From assembly GCF_044324785.1 (NCBI RefSeq), contig NZ_CP172127.1: a stretch of DNA of 64,000 nucleotides, one strand, 5' to 3'. Made by a program: the position numbers and the translations under genes. The DNA is from Escherichia coli. Lineage in GTDB: Bacteria > Pseudomonadota > Gammaproteobacteria > Enterobacterales > Enterobacteriaceae. Below the pieces are notes generated by a model. The model was not told where the DNA came from. It searched no databases and saw nothing but the letters and a program-made list of their open reading frames with translations. Positions 51,212 to 62,853 of this stretch are shown piece by piece. Within the stretch, counting starts at the first letter, position 1. Each line of letters starts with the position of its first letter.

Positions 51212-52756
51212 ATGGATGTCATTAAAAAGAAACATTGGTGGCAAAGCGACGCGCTGAAATGGTCAGTGCTAGGTCTGCTCGGCCTGCTGGTGGGTTACCT
51301 TGTTGTTTTAATGTACGCACAAGGGGAATACCTGTTCGCCATTACCACGCTGATATTGAGTTCAGCGGGGCTGTATATTTTCGCCAATCGTAAAGCCTAC
51401 GCCTGGCGCTATGTTTACCCGGGAATGGCTGGAATGGGATTATTCGTCCTCTTCCCTCTGGTCTGCACCATCGCCATTGCCTTCACCAACTACAGCAGCA
51501 CTAACCAGCTGACTTTTGAACGTGCGCAGGAAGTGTTGTTAGATCGCTCCTGGCAAGCAGGCAAAACCTATAATTTTGGTCTTTACCCGGCGGGCGATGA
51601 GTGGCAACTGGCGCTCAGAGACGGCGAAACCGGCAAAAATTATCTCTCCGACGCATTTAAATTTGGCGGCGAGCAAAAACTGCAACTGAAAGAAACGGCC
51701 GCCCAGCCTGAAGGCGAACGCGCGAATCTCCGCGTGATTACCCAGAATCGTCAGGCGCTGAGTGACATTACCGCCATTCTGCCGGATGGCAACAAAGTGA
51801 TGATGAGCTCCCTGCGCCAGTTTTCTGGCACGCAGCCGCTCTACACACTCGACGGTGACGGCACGTTGACGAATAATCAGAGCGGCGTGAAATATCGTCC
51901 GAATAACCAAATTGGCTTTTACCAGTCCATTACCGCCGACGGCAACTGGGGCGATGAAAAGCTAAGCCCCGGTTACACCGTGACCACCGGCTGGAAAAAC
52001 TTTACCCGCGTCTTTACCGACGAAGGCATTCAGAAACCGTTCCTCGCCATTTTCGTCTGGACCGTGGTGTTCTCGCTGATCACTGTCTTTTTAACGGTGG
52101 CGGTCGGCATGGTTCTGGCGTGTCTGGTGCAGTGGGAAGCGTTGCGCGGCAAAGCGGTCTATCGCGTCCTGCTGATTCTGCCCTACGCGGTGCCATCATT
52201 CATTTCAATCTTGATTTTCAAAGGGTTGTTTAACCAGAGCTTCGGTGAAATCAACATGATGTTGAGCGCGCTGTTTGGCGTGAAGCCTGCCTGGTTCAGC
52301 GATCCGACCACCGCCCGCACGATGCTGATTATCGTCAACACCTGGCTGGGTTATCCGTACATGATGATCCTCTGCATGGGCTTGCTGAAAGCGATTCCGG
52401 ACGATTTGTATGAAGCCTCAGCAATGGATGGTGCAGGTCCATTCCAGAACTTCTTTAAGATTACGCTGCCGCTGCTGATTAAACCGCTGACGCCGCTGAT
52501 GATCGCCAGCTTCGCCTTTAACTTTAACAACTTCGTGCTGATTCAACTGTTAACCAACGGCGGCCCGGATCGTCTTGGCACGACCACGCCAGCCGGTTAT
52601 ACCGACCTGCTCGTTAACTACACCTACCGTATCGCTTTTGAAGGCGGCGGGGGTCAGGACTTCGGTCTGGCGGCAGCAATTGCCACGCTGATCTTCCTGC
52701 TGGTGGGTGCGCTGGCGATAGTGAACCTGAAAGCCACGCGAATGAAGTTTGATTAA
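51212..52756 (+). CDS. malF: Maltose ABC transporter permease
   Basis: ORF 51197..52756; start set at [10 protein letters not shown] (514 aa); EAA-loop region ([22 protein letters not shown]). Confidence 0.97.
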   Translation: MDVIKKKHWWQSDALKWSVLGLLGLLVGYLVVLMYAQGEYLFAITTLILSSAGLYIFANRKAYAWRYVYPGMAGMGLFVLFPLVCTIAIAFTNYSSTNQLTFERAQEVLLDRSWQAGKTYNFGLYPAGDEWQLALRDGETGKNYLSDAFKFGGEQKLQLKETAAQPEGERANLRVITQNRQALSDITAILPDGNKVMMSSLRQFSGTQPLYTLDGDGTLTNNQSGVKYRPNNQIGFYQSITADGNWGDEKLSPGYTVTTGWKNFTRVFTDEGIQKPFLAIFVWTVVFSLITVFLTVAVGMVLACLVQWEALRGKAVYRVLLILPYAVPSFISILIFKGLFNQSFGEINMMLSALFGVKPAWFSDPTTARTMLIIVNTWLGYPYMMILCMGLLKAIPDDLYEASAMDGAGPFQNFFKITLPLLIKPLTPLMIASFAFNFNNFVLIQLLTNGGPDRLGTTTPAGYTDLLVNYTYRIAFEGGGGQDFGLAAAIATLIFLLVGALAIVNLKATRMKFD

Positions 52757-52770
52757 GGGAGATAACAAAA

Positions 52771-53661
52771 ATGGCAATGGTCCAACCGAAATCGCAAAAA
52801 GCACGTTTGTTTATTACTCACCTGCTACTGCTACTTTTTATCGCGGCGATTATGTTCCCGCTGCTGATGGTCGTCGCTATCTCGCTGCGTCAGGGAAACT
52901 TCGCGACTGGCAGCCTGATCCCGGAGCAAATCTCCTGGGATCACTGGAAACTGGCGTTAGGTTTTAGCGTAGAACAGGCTGATGGTCGCATTACGCCACC
53001 GCCATTCCCGGTACTGCTGTGGCTGTGGAACTCGGTAAAGGTCGCCGGGATTTCCGCGATTGGCATTGTGGCGCTCTCCACCACCTGCGCCTACGCTTTC
53101 GCCCGTATGCGCTTTCCAGGCAAAGCGACGCTGCTGAAAGGAATGCTGATTTTCCAGATGTTCCCGGCAGTACTTTCACTGGTCGCGTTGTATGCGTTGT
53201 TTGATCGTTTGGGTGAGTACATTCCATTCATTGGCCTGAATACTCACGGCGGCGTAATTTTCGCATATCTGGGTGGGATTGCGCTGCATGTCTGGACCAT
53301 CAAAGGCTATTTCGAAACCATCGACAGTTCGCTGGAAGAAGCGGCGGCGCTGGATGGTGCGACACCGTGGCAGGCCTTTCGCCTTGTCCTGTTGCCGCTG
53401 TCAGTACCGATTCTGGCGGTGGTGTTCATCCTGTCGTTTATCGCTGCCATTACTGAAGTTCCGGTCGCGTCGCTATTATTGCGTGACGTAAACAGCTACA
53501 CCCTGGCTGTGGGGATGCAGCAATACCTCAACCCGCAAAACTACCTGTGGGGTGACTTTGCCGCCGCTGCCGTGATGTCTGCATTACCGATCACCATCGT
53601 CTTCTTGCTGGCTCAACGCTGGCTGGTCAACGGCCTGACGGCAGGTGGTGTGAAAGGTTAA
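52771..53661 (+). CDS. malG: Maltose ABC transporter permease
   Basis: 296 aa; EAA motif ([22 protein letters not shown]). Confidence 0.97.
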
Positions 53662-53731
53662 AGATGTTGTTCTGCCAATGTTATGCCGCTGCACCCTCAA
53701 CTTACGTTATCCCAACTTGTGACTGTTATTC

Positions 53732-53757
53732 GGCGCTCCACGGAGCGCCTTTTTTTC
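53732..53757 (+). terminator. Rho-independent terminator after malG
   Basis: ggcgctcc-acg-gagcgcc followed by ttttttt. Confidence 0.8.
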
Positions 53758-54032
53758 TTTCGTCTGCAATCTGAATCGTTCGCCAGTTAATATTTCCATC
53801 ATAGAGCTTATTATTTTTACGTTATTTGTTTTCCCACTTACGATAATTCTCTTTCGTGCTCTGAGTCACGGCAATAGTATTGTTTTCATCAATTTTAGAT
53901 AATTATCACAATTAAGATCACAGAAAAGACATTACGTAAACGCATTGTAAAAAATGATAATTGCCTTAACTGCCTGACAATTCCAACATCAATGCACTGA
54001 TAAAAGATCAGAATGGTCTAAGGCAGGTCTGA

Positions 54033-55508
54033 ATGAATACCCAGTATAATTCCAGTTATATATTTTCGATTACCTTAGTCGCTACATTAGGTGGTTTATT
54101 ATTTGGCTACGACACTGCCGTTATTTCCGGTACTGTTGAGTCACTCAATACCGTCTTTGTTGCTCCACAAAACTTAAGTGAATCCGCTGCCAACTCCCTG
54201 TTAGGATTTTGCGTAGCCAGCGCTCTGATTGGTTGCATCATCGGCGGTGCCCTCGGTGGTTATTGCAGTAACCGCTTCGGTCGTCGTGATTCACTTAAGA
54301 TTGCTGCTGTCCTGTTTTTTATTTCTGGTGTAGGTTCTGCCTGGCCAGAACTTGGTTTTACCTCTATAAACCCGGACAACACAGTGCCTGTTTATCTGGC
54401 AGGTTATGTCCCGGAATTTGTTATTTATCGTATTATTGGCGGTATTGGCGTTGGTTTAGCCTCAATGCTCTCGCCAATGTATATTGCGGAACTGGCTCCA
54501 GCTCATATTCGCGGGAAACTGGTCTCTTTTAACCAGTTTGCGATTATTTTCGGGCAACTTTTAGTTTACTGCGTAAACTATTTTATTGCCCGTTCCGGTG
54601 ATGCCAGCTGGCTGAATACTGACGGCTGGCGTTATATGTTTGCCTCGGAATGTATCCCTGCACTGCTGTTCTTAATGCTGCTGTATACCGTGCCAGAAAG
54701 TCCTCGCTGGCTGATGTCACGCGGCAAGCAAGAACAGGCGGAAGGTATCCTGCGCAAAATTATGGGCAACACGCTTGCAACTCAGGCAGTACAGGAAATT
54801 AAACACTCTCTGGATCATGGCCGCAAAACCGGTGGTCGTCTGCTGATGTTTGGCGTGGGCGTGATTGTAATCGGCGTTATGCTCTCCATCTTCCAGCAAT
54901 TTGTCGGCATCAATGTGGTGTTGTACTACGCGCCGGAAGTGTTCAAAACGCTGGGGGCCAGCACGGATATCGCGCTGTTGCAGACCATTATTGTCGGAGT
55001 TATCAACCTCACCTTCACCGTTCTGGCAATTATGACGGTGGATAAATTTGGTCGTAAGCCACTGCAAATTATCGGCGCACTCGGAATGGCAATCGGTATG
55101 TTTAGCCTCGGTACCGCGTTTTACACGCAGGCACCGGGTATTGTGGCGCTTCTGTCGATGCTGTTCTATGTTGCCGCCTTTGCCATGTCCTGGGGTCCGG
55201 TATGCTGGGTACTGCTGTCGGAAATCTTCCCGAATGCTATTCGTGGTAAAGCGCTGGCAATCGCGGTGGCGGCCCAGTGGCTGGCGAACTACTTCGTCTC
55301 CTGGACCTTCCCGATGATGGACAAAAACTCCTGGCTGGTGGCCCATTTCCACAACGGTTTCTCCTACTGGATTTACGGTTGTATGGGCGTTCTGGCAGCA
55401 CTGTTTATGTGGAAATTTGTCCCGGAAACCAAAGGTAAAACCCTTGAGGAGCTGGAAGCCCTCTGGGAACCGGAAACGAAGAAAACACAACAAACTGCTA
55501 CGCTGTAA
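54033..55508 (+). CDS. xylE: D-xylose:proton symporter (MFS sugar porter)
   Basis: 491 aa; MFS sugar-porter motifs (GRRDSLK, PESPRWL, PETKGKTLEELE). Confidence 0.97.
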   Translation: MNTQYNSSYIFSITLVATLGGLLFGYDTAVISGTVESLNTVFVAPQNLSESAANSLLGFCVASALIGCIIGGALGGYCSNRFGRRDSLKIAAVLFFISGVGSAWPELGFTSINPDNTVPVYLAGYVPEFVIYRIIGGIGVGLASMLSPMYIAELAPAHIRGKLVSFNQFAIIFGQLLVYCVNYFIARSGDASWLNTDGWRYMFASECIPALLFLMLLYTVPESPRWLMSRGKQEQAEGILRKIMGNTLATQAVQEIKHSLDHGRKTGGRLLMFGVGVIVIGVMLSIFQQFVGINVVLYYAPEVFKTLGASTDIALLQTIIVGVINLTFTVLAIMTVDKFGRKPLQIIGALGMAIGMFSLGTAFYTQAPGIVALLSMLFYVAAFAMSWGPVCWVLLSEIFPNAIRGKALAIAVAAQWLANYFVSWTFPMMDKNSWLVAHFHNGFSYWIYGCMGVLAALFMWKFVPETKGKTLEELEALWEPETKKTQQTATL

Positions 55509-55519
55509 TCTTCCTGTCC

Positions 55520-55553
55520 AGCACGCCGCGCCAGTTCGGCGTGCTGTCTTTTT
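55520..55553 (+). terminator. Rho-independent terminator after xylE
   Basis: agcacgccg-cgccagtt-cggcgtgct followed by gtcttttt. Confidence 0.7.
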
Positions 55554-55962
55554 ACTCCCGCTTCAGCCGTTTCGAATTACACAGCCACAGGGTGATCACC
55601 AGTAACAGGATCGCTGCCGAGTAGATCAACACATCCAGTGGCGATTTATGATCGACGATGATCAAGCGCACAATGGCGGTAATCCCAATATAGACAAAGT
55701 AACGTAGCGGGAAGTGAAAACCGGACTGAAAGTACTTCACAATCAGCGCGATAAATTCGAAATAGAGAAAGTAAACCACCAGCCCTTCTACCAGCTCATA
55801 TTTGCTGGTTTGTTCTGGCGCGAACAGCACATCAGCCAGATGCACCGTTTCTTTGCCGAGGAAGACAACCAAAATAAGGCCGAGGCACAGCAGGCCAAGA
55901 TTGAGTACGGTCTGCAAAATGGTGGAGATAAACTCCACGCGCGGACGAGAGAGTGACGTCAT
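55552..55962 (-). CDS. psiE: Phosphate-starvation-inducible membrane protein
   Basis: 136-aa four-TM protein. Confidence 0.88.
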
Positions 55963-56176
55963 AGCAGTACCTCCTTCACAGTGGCGAGCTTCCTGTATAA
56001 CGCAAAAATGTGACGGAGATCTATATTTTTTGTGTATGTTTTGTTCAGCTCGATTAAGTGGGCATCTCCCATCAACGTCTCATCTGACAAAACACACAGC
56101 CCAAAAAAATCACCCATTCAGGTGATTCCCAGCCACCAGCAATGCGCGAAAAATCGACAATGTTCCTCTGGAACAA

Positions 56177-56455
56177 ATGAAACGTAACCTGATAAAGGTG
56201 GTAAAAATGAAGCCTTATTTTGCTGCTTTGATGTTATCAGTCTCTGTTCTTCCTGCTTATGCTGGTCCGCTCGGTACTGCAGATAAAGCCGACCTACCGC
56301 AAAGCAATGTCTCCAGCCCAATGATGGCCCAGTCGCTCAGGCAACCAGACCTGCAACCGATATCGACGGACAGGAAGACAGAATGTTTTCGCCTTTACAC
56401 ACCAGATCGCAAACCGGGGGTGAACTGCGTTCCTGATGGCTCAACAGGCCATTAA
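56177..56455 (+). CDS. yjbT: Small putative periplasmic protein
   Basis: 92-aa ORF; internal MKPYFAALMLSVSVLPAYA looks like a signal peptide, so the true start may be Met11. Confidence 0.6.
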   Translation: MKRNLIKVVKMKPYFAALMLSVSVLPAYAGPLGTADKADLPQSNVSSPMMAQSLRQPDLQPISTDRKTECFRLYTPDRKPGVNCVPDGSTGH

Positions 56456-56501
56456 GAATAAAGGTGCCAGTGAGTGCGAAAACTGGCACCTTTCCCATGA
56501 C

Positions 56502-58598
56502 TTAGCGGAAATTGACGCTACGGTCGCTGGTCATGTCATACAACTGGAACTTACGCCCAAGTTGCTGACCACCGTCACGCGTCAGCGGCGTCCAGCCAAT
56601 TGCCGCACGGCTGCGTGTCGGGCCAGACGAGAAGAGATCCAGCGGTACAGAGACATACACGCCTTTGGTGAAGTCCCCTTCGCCGTACTCCTCTTTCGAA
56701 ACATTCGTGATCGTGGCATAGCCACCCACCACCACGCCGCTATCAAAGCGTTTGGCGATCTCCAGCGTGCCGCCTTTATCCCCTGCCAGATACTGCCCGA
56801 CGCTCGCTTTCACTAACACATCCTGAGCGAAAGATGGCGTCCAGTATGCGGTCAGATGTCCGGTTTTCACGCTGTAGTCGGTGAATTTCATCATATCTTT
56901 TGCGCTACGCCAGTCGCGCTGTTTAACGTAGTTGGCATCCAGACCAAACGCCCAGTTGCTATCCAGCGGGCGATACAACACTTCTGCCCCCACGCCGCCA
57001 AACATGGTTTCGAGATAACCTCCGTAGACCTGACCGTAGAAGCCGTTGCCCAGATGCTGGAAGTAGTTGGCTTGCAGGTTATTCACATAGACATCGTTCT
57101 GCACATACTCGCGCACATGGGTACGAACGCGCGGTAAGTGCGAGTCCTGCGGCGGATTGGTGTAGTTAAACTTGTCGTAGTTGTTGGCAAGATTTGCAAA
57201 CAGGCTGCCGGTGGTCAGCAGATGGTCCGTCAGCCACAAATCTGCCGTTCCCATCACGCCCAGCTGATACATGTAAAAGTTTTCCGGGCCACCGACCGAC
57301 TGGTTCAGCACCGGATCGATATGGAAATCAAAGCGTGATTTGTCGATATACCAGCCCTGCTCGGTGGACTGCGGAACCACTGGCTCGACGCGTTTTTGCG
57401 CCAGCGTCGTTTCGTGGCCCAACGGCTCTCCGGCGAGATGATTTTTCAGGCTGGCGACATCGGTTTCCGTCGTCACCTGCGGCATGTTAAGGCGATTTTC
57501 CGTAATGCGGATCGTTTTGATCCCATCCGGCAGATCGTTCATCACGATCCGATTAGCACGGATGATCCCTTCGCGCGAATCACGATATTTCACCTGCTCG
57601 CCGGTAACATACAGCGTATCGCCTTTCGCCTGGATCTGTGGATCGGCAAGTCCGGCATTGTATTTCAACAGCGTTAACTGATTCGCCACCACCGAATGCT
57701 GCAAAATGGCATCCTGCGGCTGCGGTTGATATTGCGGGCGGGCGTTATCGTTGTAAGACGGGCGCAGATCGTTAAAGTTGGTGCGCAACGTAACGCCAAA
57801 CATAAATGTGTTGCCACGTTCATAGCTAAGGTTAACGTCGGCCCAATCGGTAACGCGATAAATCGCACCGACGTTAAACTTACTTTTTTGCTCCAGCTTC
57901 CCGGCAAAATCCTGCTGATAATTATTGCCTTCATACTCCAGTTTCAGGCGCAGCGGTTGCCAGGGCGTCTGGTATTCCACGCCGCCAAACAGTGAGGCAG
58001 GACCGTGGAACATCTGGCTACCGTCGATAGATCCCGCCTGTTTGTAGCTGTTATCGCGATAGCAATATTTATCACTGGCTGAACAGAGCGGATTTTTCAC
58101 ATTACCGCTGGTGCCCAGATATCCCCAGCCCAGGCCGAGCGTAAAATCGAACGGCCCCCAGGCTTTGCTGGCAACAAGATATTCCGCATCAAACAGCCCC
58201 GTACCGCCGATATCCCGCGCACCAACCGCCACTTGCGGCAGCCAATAACTCTCTTCCCACAAACGCAGTTTGAGATCGAAGGCTTTATCTTTATACGTTT
58301 GATCACCAGAGAACGCTTCGACGCTGCTGTACTGCCGGGTGCGCACGTCGGTGTAGCGCAGCGTTGTTTCCAGCCACGGGAAGAGTTGCACTGAAGCTGA
58401 GTAATAACGGTACTGATCGTTATCGCGATAGTTCAAACTCAACTCCCCTTCCCGCGCCATGCGGGCGGTGGGCGTTTGTAATAATCCTACGCCACCGAAA
58501 TCCGACTGCGACGGACCAATGGGCGCAGGATATGTTTCGCCGTAGCAAGCTGTGCTAATGCCCAGCGCCAGTAAGCTAAGCAGATGTCTTTTTTTCAT
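56502..58598 (-). CDS. yjbH: Outer-membrane lipoprotein of the yjbEFGH exopolysaccharide-associated operon
   Basis: 698 aa; lipobox-like LALGISTAC at N-terminus. Confidence 0.88.
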   Translation of the reverse strand: MKKRHLLSLLALGISTACYGETYPAPIGPSQSDFGGVGLLQTPTARMAREGELSLNYRDNDQYRYYSASVQLFPWLETTLRYTDVRTRQYSSVEAFSGDQTYKDKAFDLKLRLWEESYWLPQVAVGARDIGGTGLFDAEYLVASKAWGPFDFTLGLGWGYLGTSGNVKNPLCSASDKYCYRDNSYKQAGSIDGSQMFHGPASLFGGVEYQTPWQPLRLKLEYEGNNYQQDFAGKLEQKSKFNVGAIYRVTDWADVNLSYERGNTFMFGVTLRTNFNDLRPSYNDNARPQYQPQPQDAILQHSVVANQLTLLKYNAGLADPQIQAKGDTLYVTGEQVKYRDSREGIIRANRIVMNDLPDGIKTIRITENRLNMPQVTTETDVASLKNHLAGEPLGHETTLAQKRVEPVVPQSTEQGWYIDKSRFDFHIDPVLNQSVGGPENFYMYQLGVMGTADLWLTDHLLTTGSLFANLANNYDKFNYTNPPQDSHLPRVRTHVREYVQNDVYVNNLQANYFQHLGNGFYGQVYGGYLETMFGGVGAEVLYRPLDSNWAFGLDANYVKQRDWRSAKDMMKFTDYSVKTGHLTAYWTPSFAQDVLVKASVGQYLAGDKGGTLEIAKRFDSGVVVGGYATITNVSKEEYGEGDFTKGVYVSVPLDLFSSGPTRSRAAIGWTPLTRDGGQQLGRKFQLYDMTSDRSVNFR

Positions 58599-59335
58599 TA
58601 TTGAGGTATCCGCTGCGTCAGAGTCTGAAGAATGTCGGCGTTAAGGGCATCAGGCGTCTCACTCCAGACGGAGTCCGCGAGGCCAACATAAATAATGCTG
58701 CCGGGCATCGGCTCTACGTGACGCTTGTTCCAGTAAGCCACCGGCGCTTTTTGCGTGCGTCCGTCCGGGTAAACCACCCACGCGTAGCTGCGATCCGCAC
58801 CGCTGAGCAGGCTCTGGTCAGAGAGATAGCTCGCCACGTCGCGACCTGGAGTGAATGGCTGCTTGCCAGGACGGCTGATAAGCCCGAACAACGTGACCGT
58901 GGACGGCGGTGGTCCGACCCACAGCGTGTAGTTGCCCTGCAACGGCGGGTTACCGCGTTCGGCAACGCGGACGATATCGGGATCAAGATTGATTTTTTGC
59001 CTGCCCGTCACTTTCAACGCCTGAATTTGCTGGCGTAAGGCGTTAATCGCAGCGGCATCGTCGGCGCTGGAATCTGCGGCCAGTTCTGCCAGCCGTGTCA
59101 GTAGCGCCTGCTGCTGACGCAATGCTGCCGCCGTTGCCAGCTCTTCGCTAATCACCGCACCAGGCCACCAGCTGTTTGCCAGCCGCGGTTGGCCTACCAG
59201 GTCGATTAAATGCTCTGCACCCGTCAGCGTTTTGGCCTCACTGCTGCTATTGCTGAATACCTTGACGGTTCCCGCCGCGAAGACCGATGACGCCCCCACA
59301 CTCAAAATCAATGCGACAATAGTTTGTTTAATCAT
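58598..59335 (-). CDS. yjbG: Periplasmic protein YjbG
   Basis: ORF 58598..59431; start set at [20 protein letters not shown] (245 aa), signal peptide. Confidence 0.82.
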   Translation of the reverse strand: MIKQTIVALILSVGASSVFAAGTVKVFSNSSSEAKTLTGAEHLIDLVGQPRLANSWWPGAVISEELATAAALRQQQALLTRLAELAADSSADDAAAINALRQQIQALKVTGRQKINLDPDIVRVAERGNPPLQGNYTLWVGPPPSTVTLFGLISRPGKQPFTPGRDVASYLSDQSLLSGADRSYAWVVYPDGRTQKAPVAYWNKRHVEPMPGSIIYVGLADSVWSETPDALNADILQTLTQRIPQ

Positions 59336-60000
59336 TGTTTTGCCGCCTTGATGAGAGTGGTTTTCACCGGGAAATAATCCGCGCCGAGATACTGTTCCGA
59401 CTGGCGAATTTGCCCTTCGCTGTCGATCCAATAGCGGTTATGCCAGCGCGCCTGGTCGGTGGAGACTTCTTCGTCCAGCACGCGAACCGGGGTTTCATCG
59501 CTGCCGACCTTAACGGTACCGGTGCCATCCCATTTGAAGACTGAGCGTGCGGTGGCGTAGCGTACCTGCTGGTACTCGGTCCAGCCCATCGTGCGCGTCC
59601 ATGTTGCACCATCAACAATTTGTGCGGGTTTAATCAGCGGGTCGGCGGCAAGGTTATTCACTTCAATCAGGTTGTCGCCGCCAAGCAAAGTCTTCACCAG
59701 ACGACCATGTTGTGTGACAAGAGTGGCCTGATCCTGAGTGACCCATTTTTGTTGTCCGTCTTCAGCGAAGGCCAGCACCACAAACAATTGCGGCCCGCCA
59801 TTAAGCTGCATGTACTGGCTGGCGTAGGGCATATTTTGAATATCATCGTCCGTCAGCTGTACGCCTGGCGTGCCGAACAGACTGTCCCACAGTGAATTGC
59901 CCAGCTCTTTAGTCGTGGCTGAACAGGCCTGTAATAGCAGGCAGATAAGAATGAGTGCAGGTCGCTTCACGACTCTTCTCCAGAGGGGCAGAATAACCAC
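59332..60000 (-). CDS. yjbF: Lipoprotein YjbF
   Basis: 222-aa maximal ORF; lipobox LLLQACS; exact start uncertain. Confidence 0.82.
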   Translation of the reverse strand: MVILPLWRRVVKRPALILICLLLQACSATTKELGNSLWDSLFGTPGVQLTDDDIQNMPYASQYMQLNGGPQLFVVLAFAEDGQQKWVTQDQATLVTQHGRLVKTLLGGDNLIEVNNLAADPLIKPAQIVDGATWTRTMGWTEYQQVRYATARSVFKWDGTGTVKVGSDETPVRVLDEEVSTDQARWHNRYWIDSEGQIRQSEQYLGADYFPVKTTLIKAAKQ

Positions 60001-60083
60001 ACCGGAGTGTGGTTATGGTAAATCCCTTCATACTTCAAGCCACAGATGCAATGACTCGAATTATTTTGGGGATACATACTTTA

Positions 60084-60326
60084 TTACTGGGTACTGGTGG
60101 TCGTGGTTGTTGTGGTCCCGGTATTAGAACCATCACCGCCACCGGTTGCCGCGAGCGCGACACCCACCGCCGAGCTTACGGTGCTGACGCTGGTCGCGGA
60201 GGAACTCCCCGCCGAAACCGACGTTGCTGCCGACCCTGCCGCTTCGCCCACCTGTACAGGTGCAGCCCACGCAGAAGTCGCCGCAAGCGCAGATATGGCA
60301 AAAATGCCATACAGAACTTTTTTCAT
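60084..60326 (-). CDS. yjbE: Small secreted low-complexity protein YjbE
   Basis: 80 aa; signal peptide then Ser/Ala/Thr/Gly-rich sequence ending in [10 protein letters not shown]. Confidence 0.8.
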
Positions 60327-60633
60327 AACAATTTCCCTTCATTGAATGAATGGAGATTTACCCAAAAACATTTCGGGCGGGATCGAGTATACACAACTAA
60401 AGCATGCGAATTACGGCGCGGGGAATTAGCGATGGCGTTTTAGGATAATTGGAATTAATATCAAATATAAGTTTCAACTTATATATAAATAAGATTAAAA
60501 ATCAAAAAGTTAAAATAGAATCAAAAATAATCAATCTACGTATTTTCCGAAATCAATCACGATTAAAAATTTATTTTAGGATTAACCTCACAGCATGATT
60601 TCCGTTAAATCACAGACAAGGGGATTTATCTGA

Positions 60634-60660
60634 TAAAAAATGCCGACATAACGTCGGCAT
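60634..60660 (-). terminator. Rho-independent terminator after pgi
   Basis: atgccgac-ataac-gtcggcat palindrome flanked by A-run (plus) and T-run, read as hairpin plus U-tract on the minus strand. Confidence 0.8.
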
Positions 60661-60679
60661 TTTTATTAAGGTTATTTAA

Positions 60680-62329
60680 TTAACCGCGCCACGCTTTATA
60701 GCGGTTAATCAGACCATTGGTCGAGCTATCGTGGCTGCTGATTTCTTTATCATCTTTCAGCTCTGGCAGAATACGGTTCGCCAGTTGTTTACCCAGCTCA
60801 ACGCCCCACTGGTCGAAGGTGAAGATGTTCAGGATCACGCCCTGAGTAAAGATTTTGTGCTCATACAGCGCAATCAACGCACCCAGGCTGAACGGAGTGA
60901 TTTCGCGCAGCAGGATAGAGTTGGTCGGGCGGTTACCTTCGAACACTTTGAACGGCACCACGTAGTCAAGCGTTGCCGGATCTTTACCCTGATCACGATA
61001 TTCCTGCTCAACCACTTCGCGGGATTTACCAAACGCCAGCGCTTCGGTCTGAGCAAAGAAGTTAGACAGCAGTTTCTGGTGATGATCAGAGAGCGGGTTA
61101 TGGGTGATAGCCGGGGCGATGAAATCGCACGGTACCATTTTGGTTCCCTGGTGGATCAGCTGGTAGAACGCGTGCTGACCGTTTGTGCCTGGTTCACCCC
61201 AGATAATCGGGCCAGTCTGGTAATCCACAACGTTACCGTTACGGTCAACATACTTACCGTTGGACTCCATATTGCCCTGCTGGAAGTACGCCGCGAAACG
61301 GTGCATATACTGGTCATACGGCAGAATCGCTTCAGTTTCCGCACCAAAGAAATTGTTGTACCAGATGCCAATCAGCGCCAGCAGTACAGGCAGGTTTTTC
61401 TCGGCAGGCGTGGTGGAGAAATGCTTGTCCATCGCGTGTGCGCCAGAAAGCAGTTCAACGAAGTTATCAAAGCCGATGGAGAGAACAATCGACAGGCCAA
61501 TCGCTGACCACAAAGAGTAACGGCCGCCAACCCAGTCCCAGAACTCGAACATGTTGGCAGTATCAATACCAAACTCGCCAACGGCTTTGGCATTGGTGGA
61601 AAGCGCCGCAAAGTGTTTCGCAACGTGTTTTTCATCACCAGCCGCTTTCAGGAACCAGTCACGCGCACTATGGGCGTTGGTCATGGTTTCCTGAGTGGTG
61701 AAGGTTTTAGATGCTACCAGGAACAGCGTGGTTTCCGGGTTTACTTTTTTCAGCACTTCCGCGATGTGAGTACCATCGACGTTAGAAACAAAGTGCATGT
61801 TCAGGTGATTTTTGTACGGACGCAGTGCTTCGGTCACCATGTACGGGCCGAGGTCAGAACCACCGATCCCGATGTTCACTACGTCAGTGATTGCTTTGCC
61901 GGTATAACCCTTCCACTCACCGGAAATAATCGCTTCCGAGAAGGTTTTCATCTTCTCCAGCACCGCGTTGACTTCTGGCATTACGTCTTTGCCATCAACC
62001 AGAATCGGGGTATTGCTACGGTTACGCAGCGCTACGTGCAGCACGGCGCGGTTTTCGGTGCGGTTGATCTTCTCACCAGAGAACATCGACTTAATCGCGC
62101 CCGCCAGATCGCACTCTTTCGCCAGATCTTGTAATTTCGCCAGCGTCTCTTCAGTGATGCGGTTTTTGGAGTAATCCACCAGCATCTGATCGTCGAAGGT
62201 TGCGGAGAACTTAGAAAAACGATCGCCGTCTTTAGCAAAAAGATCGGCGATCGTAACGTCTTTCATTTCATCGAAGTGTTTCTGTAGTGCCTGCCAGGCA
62301 GCGGTCTGCGTTGGATTGATGTTTTTCAT
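60680..62329 (-). CDS. pgi: Glucose-6-phosphate isomerase
   Basis: ORF 60680..62335; start set at [15 protein letters not shown] (549 aa). Confidence 0.98.
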
Positions 62330-62512
62330 TAGCAATACTCTTCTGATTTTGAGAATTGTGACTTTGGAAGATTGTAGCGCCAGTCACAGAAAAATGTGAT
62401 GGTTTTAGTGCCGTTAGCGTAATGTTGAGTGTAAACCCTTAGCGCAGTGAAGCATTTATTAGCTGAACTACTGACCGCCAGGAGTGGATGAAAAATCCGC
62501 ATGACCCCATCG

Positions 62513-62853
62513 TTGACAACCGCCCCGCTCACCCTTTATTTATAAATGTACTACCTGCGCTAGCGCAGGCCAGAAGAGGCGCGTTGCCCAAGTAACGGTG
62601 TTGGAGGAGCCAGTCCTGTGATAACACCTGAGGGGGTGCATCGCCGAGGTGATTGAACGGCTGGCCACGTTCATCATCGGCTACAGGGGCTGAATCCCCT
62701 GGGTTGTCACCAGAAGCGTTCGCAGTCGGGCGTTTCGCAAGTGGTGGAGCACTTCTGGGTGAAAATAGTAGCGAAGTATCGCTCTGCGCCCACCCGTCTT
62801 CCGCTCTTCCCTTGTGCCAAGGCTGAAAATGGATCCCCTGACACGAGGTAGTT
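62513..62853 (+). promoter_or_regulatory. lysC promoter and lysine riboswitch (LYS element) leader
   Basis: TTGACA at 62513-62518 followed by an AT-rich -10 region; about 300-nt leader containing conserved lysine-riboswitch segments (gaggcgcgttgcc..., ...gagggggtgcatcgccgaggtgattgaacggctggcc..., ...ctgggtgaaaatagtagcgaagtatcgctctgcgcc) ending at the lysC SD/ATG. Confidence 0.85.

Noticed and set aside
54717-55493. 258-aa minus-strand ORF inside xylE
   Set aside because: Antisense shadow of the MFS transporter gene.
60097-60345. 82-aa plus-strand ORF antisense to yjbE
   Set aside because: Mirror of the low-complexity yjbE frame (poly-Val from poly-Thr codons); artefact.
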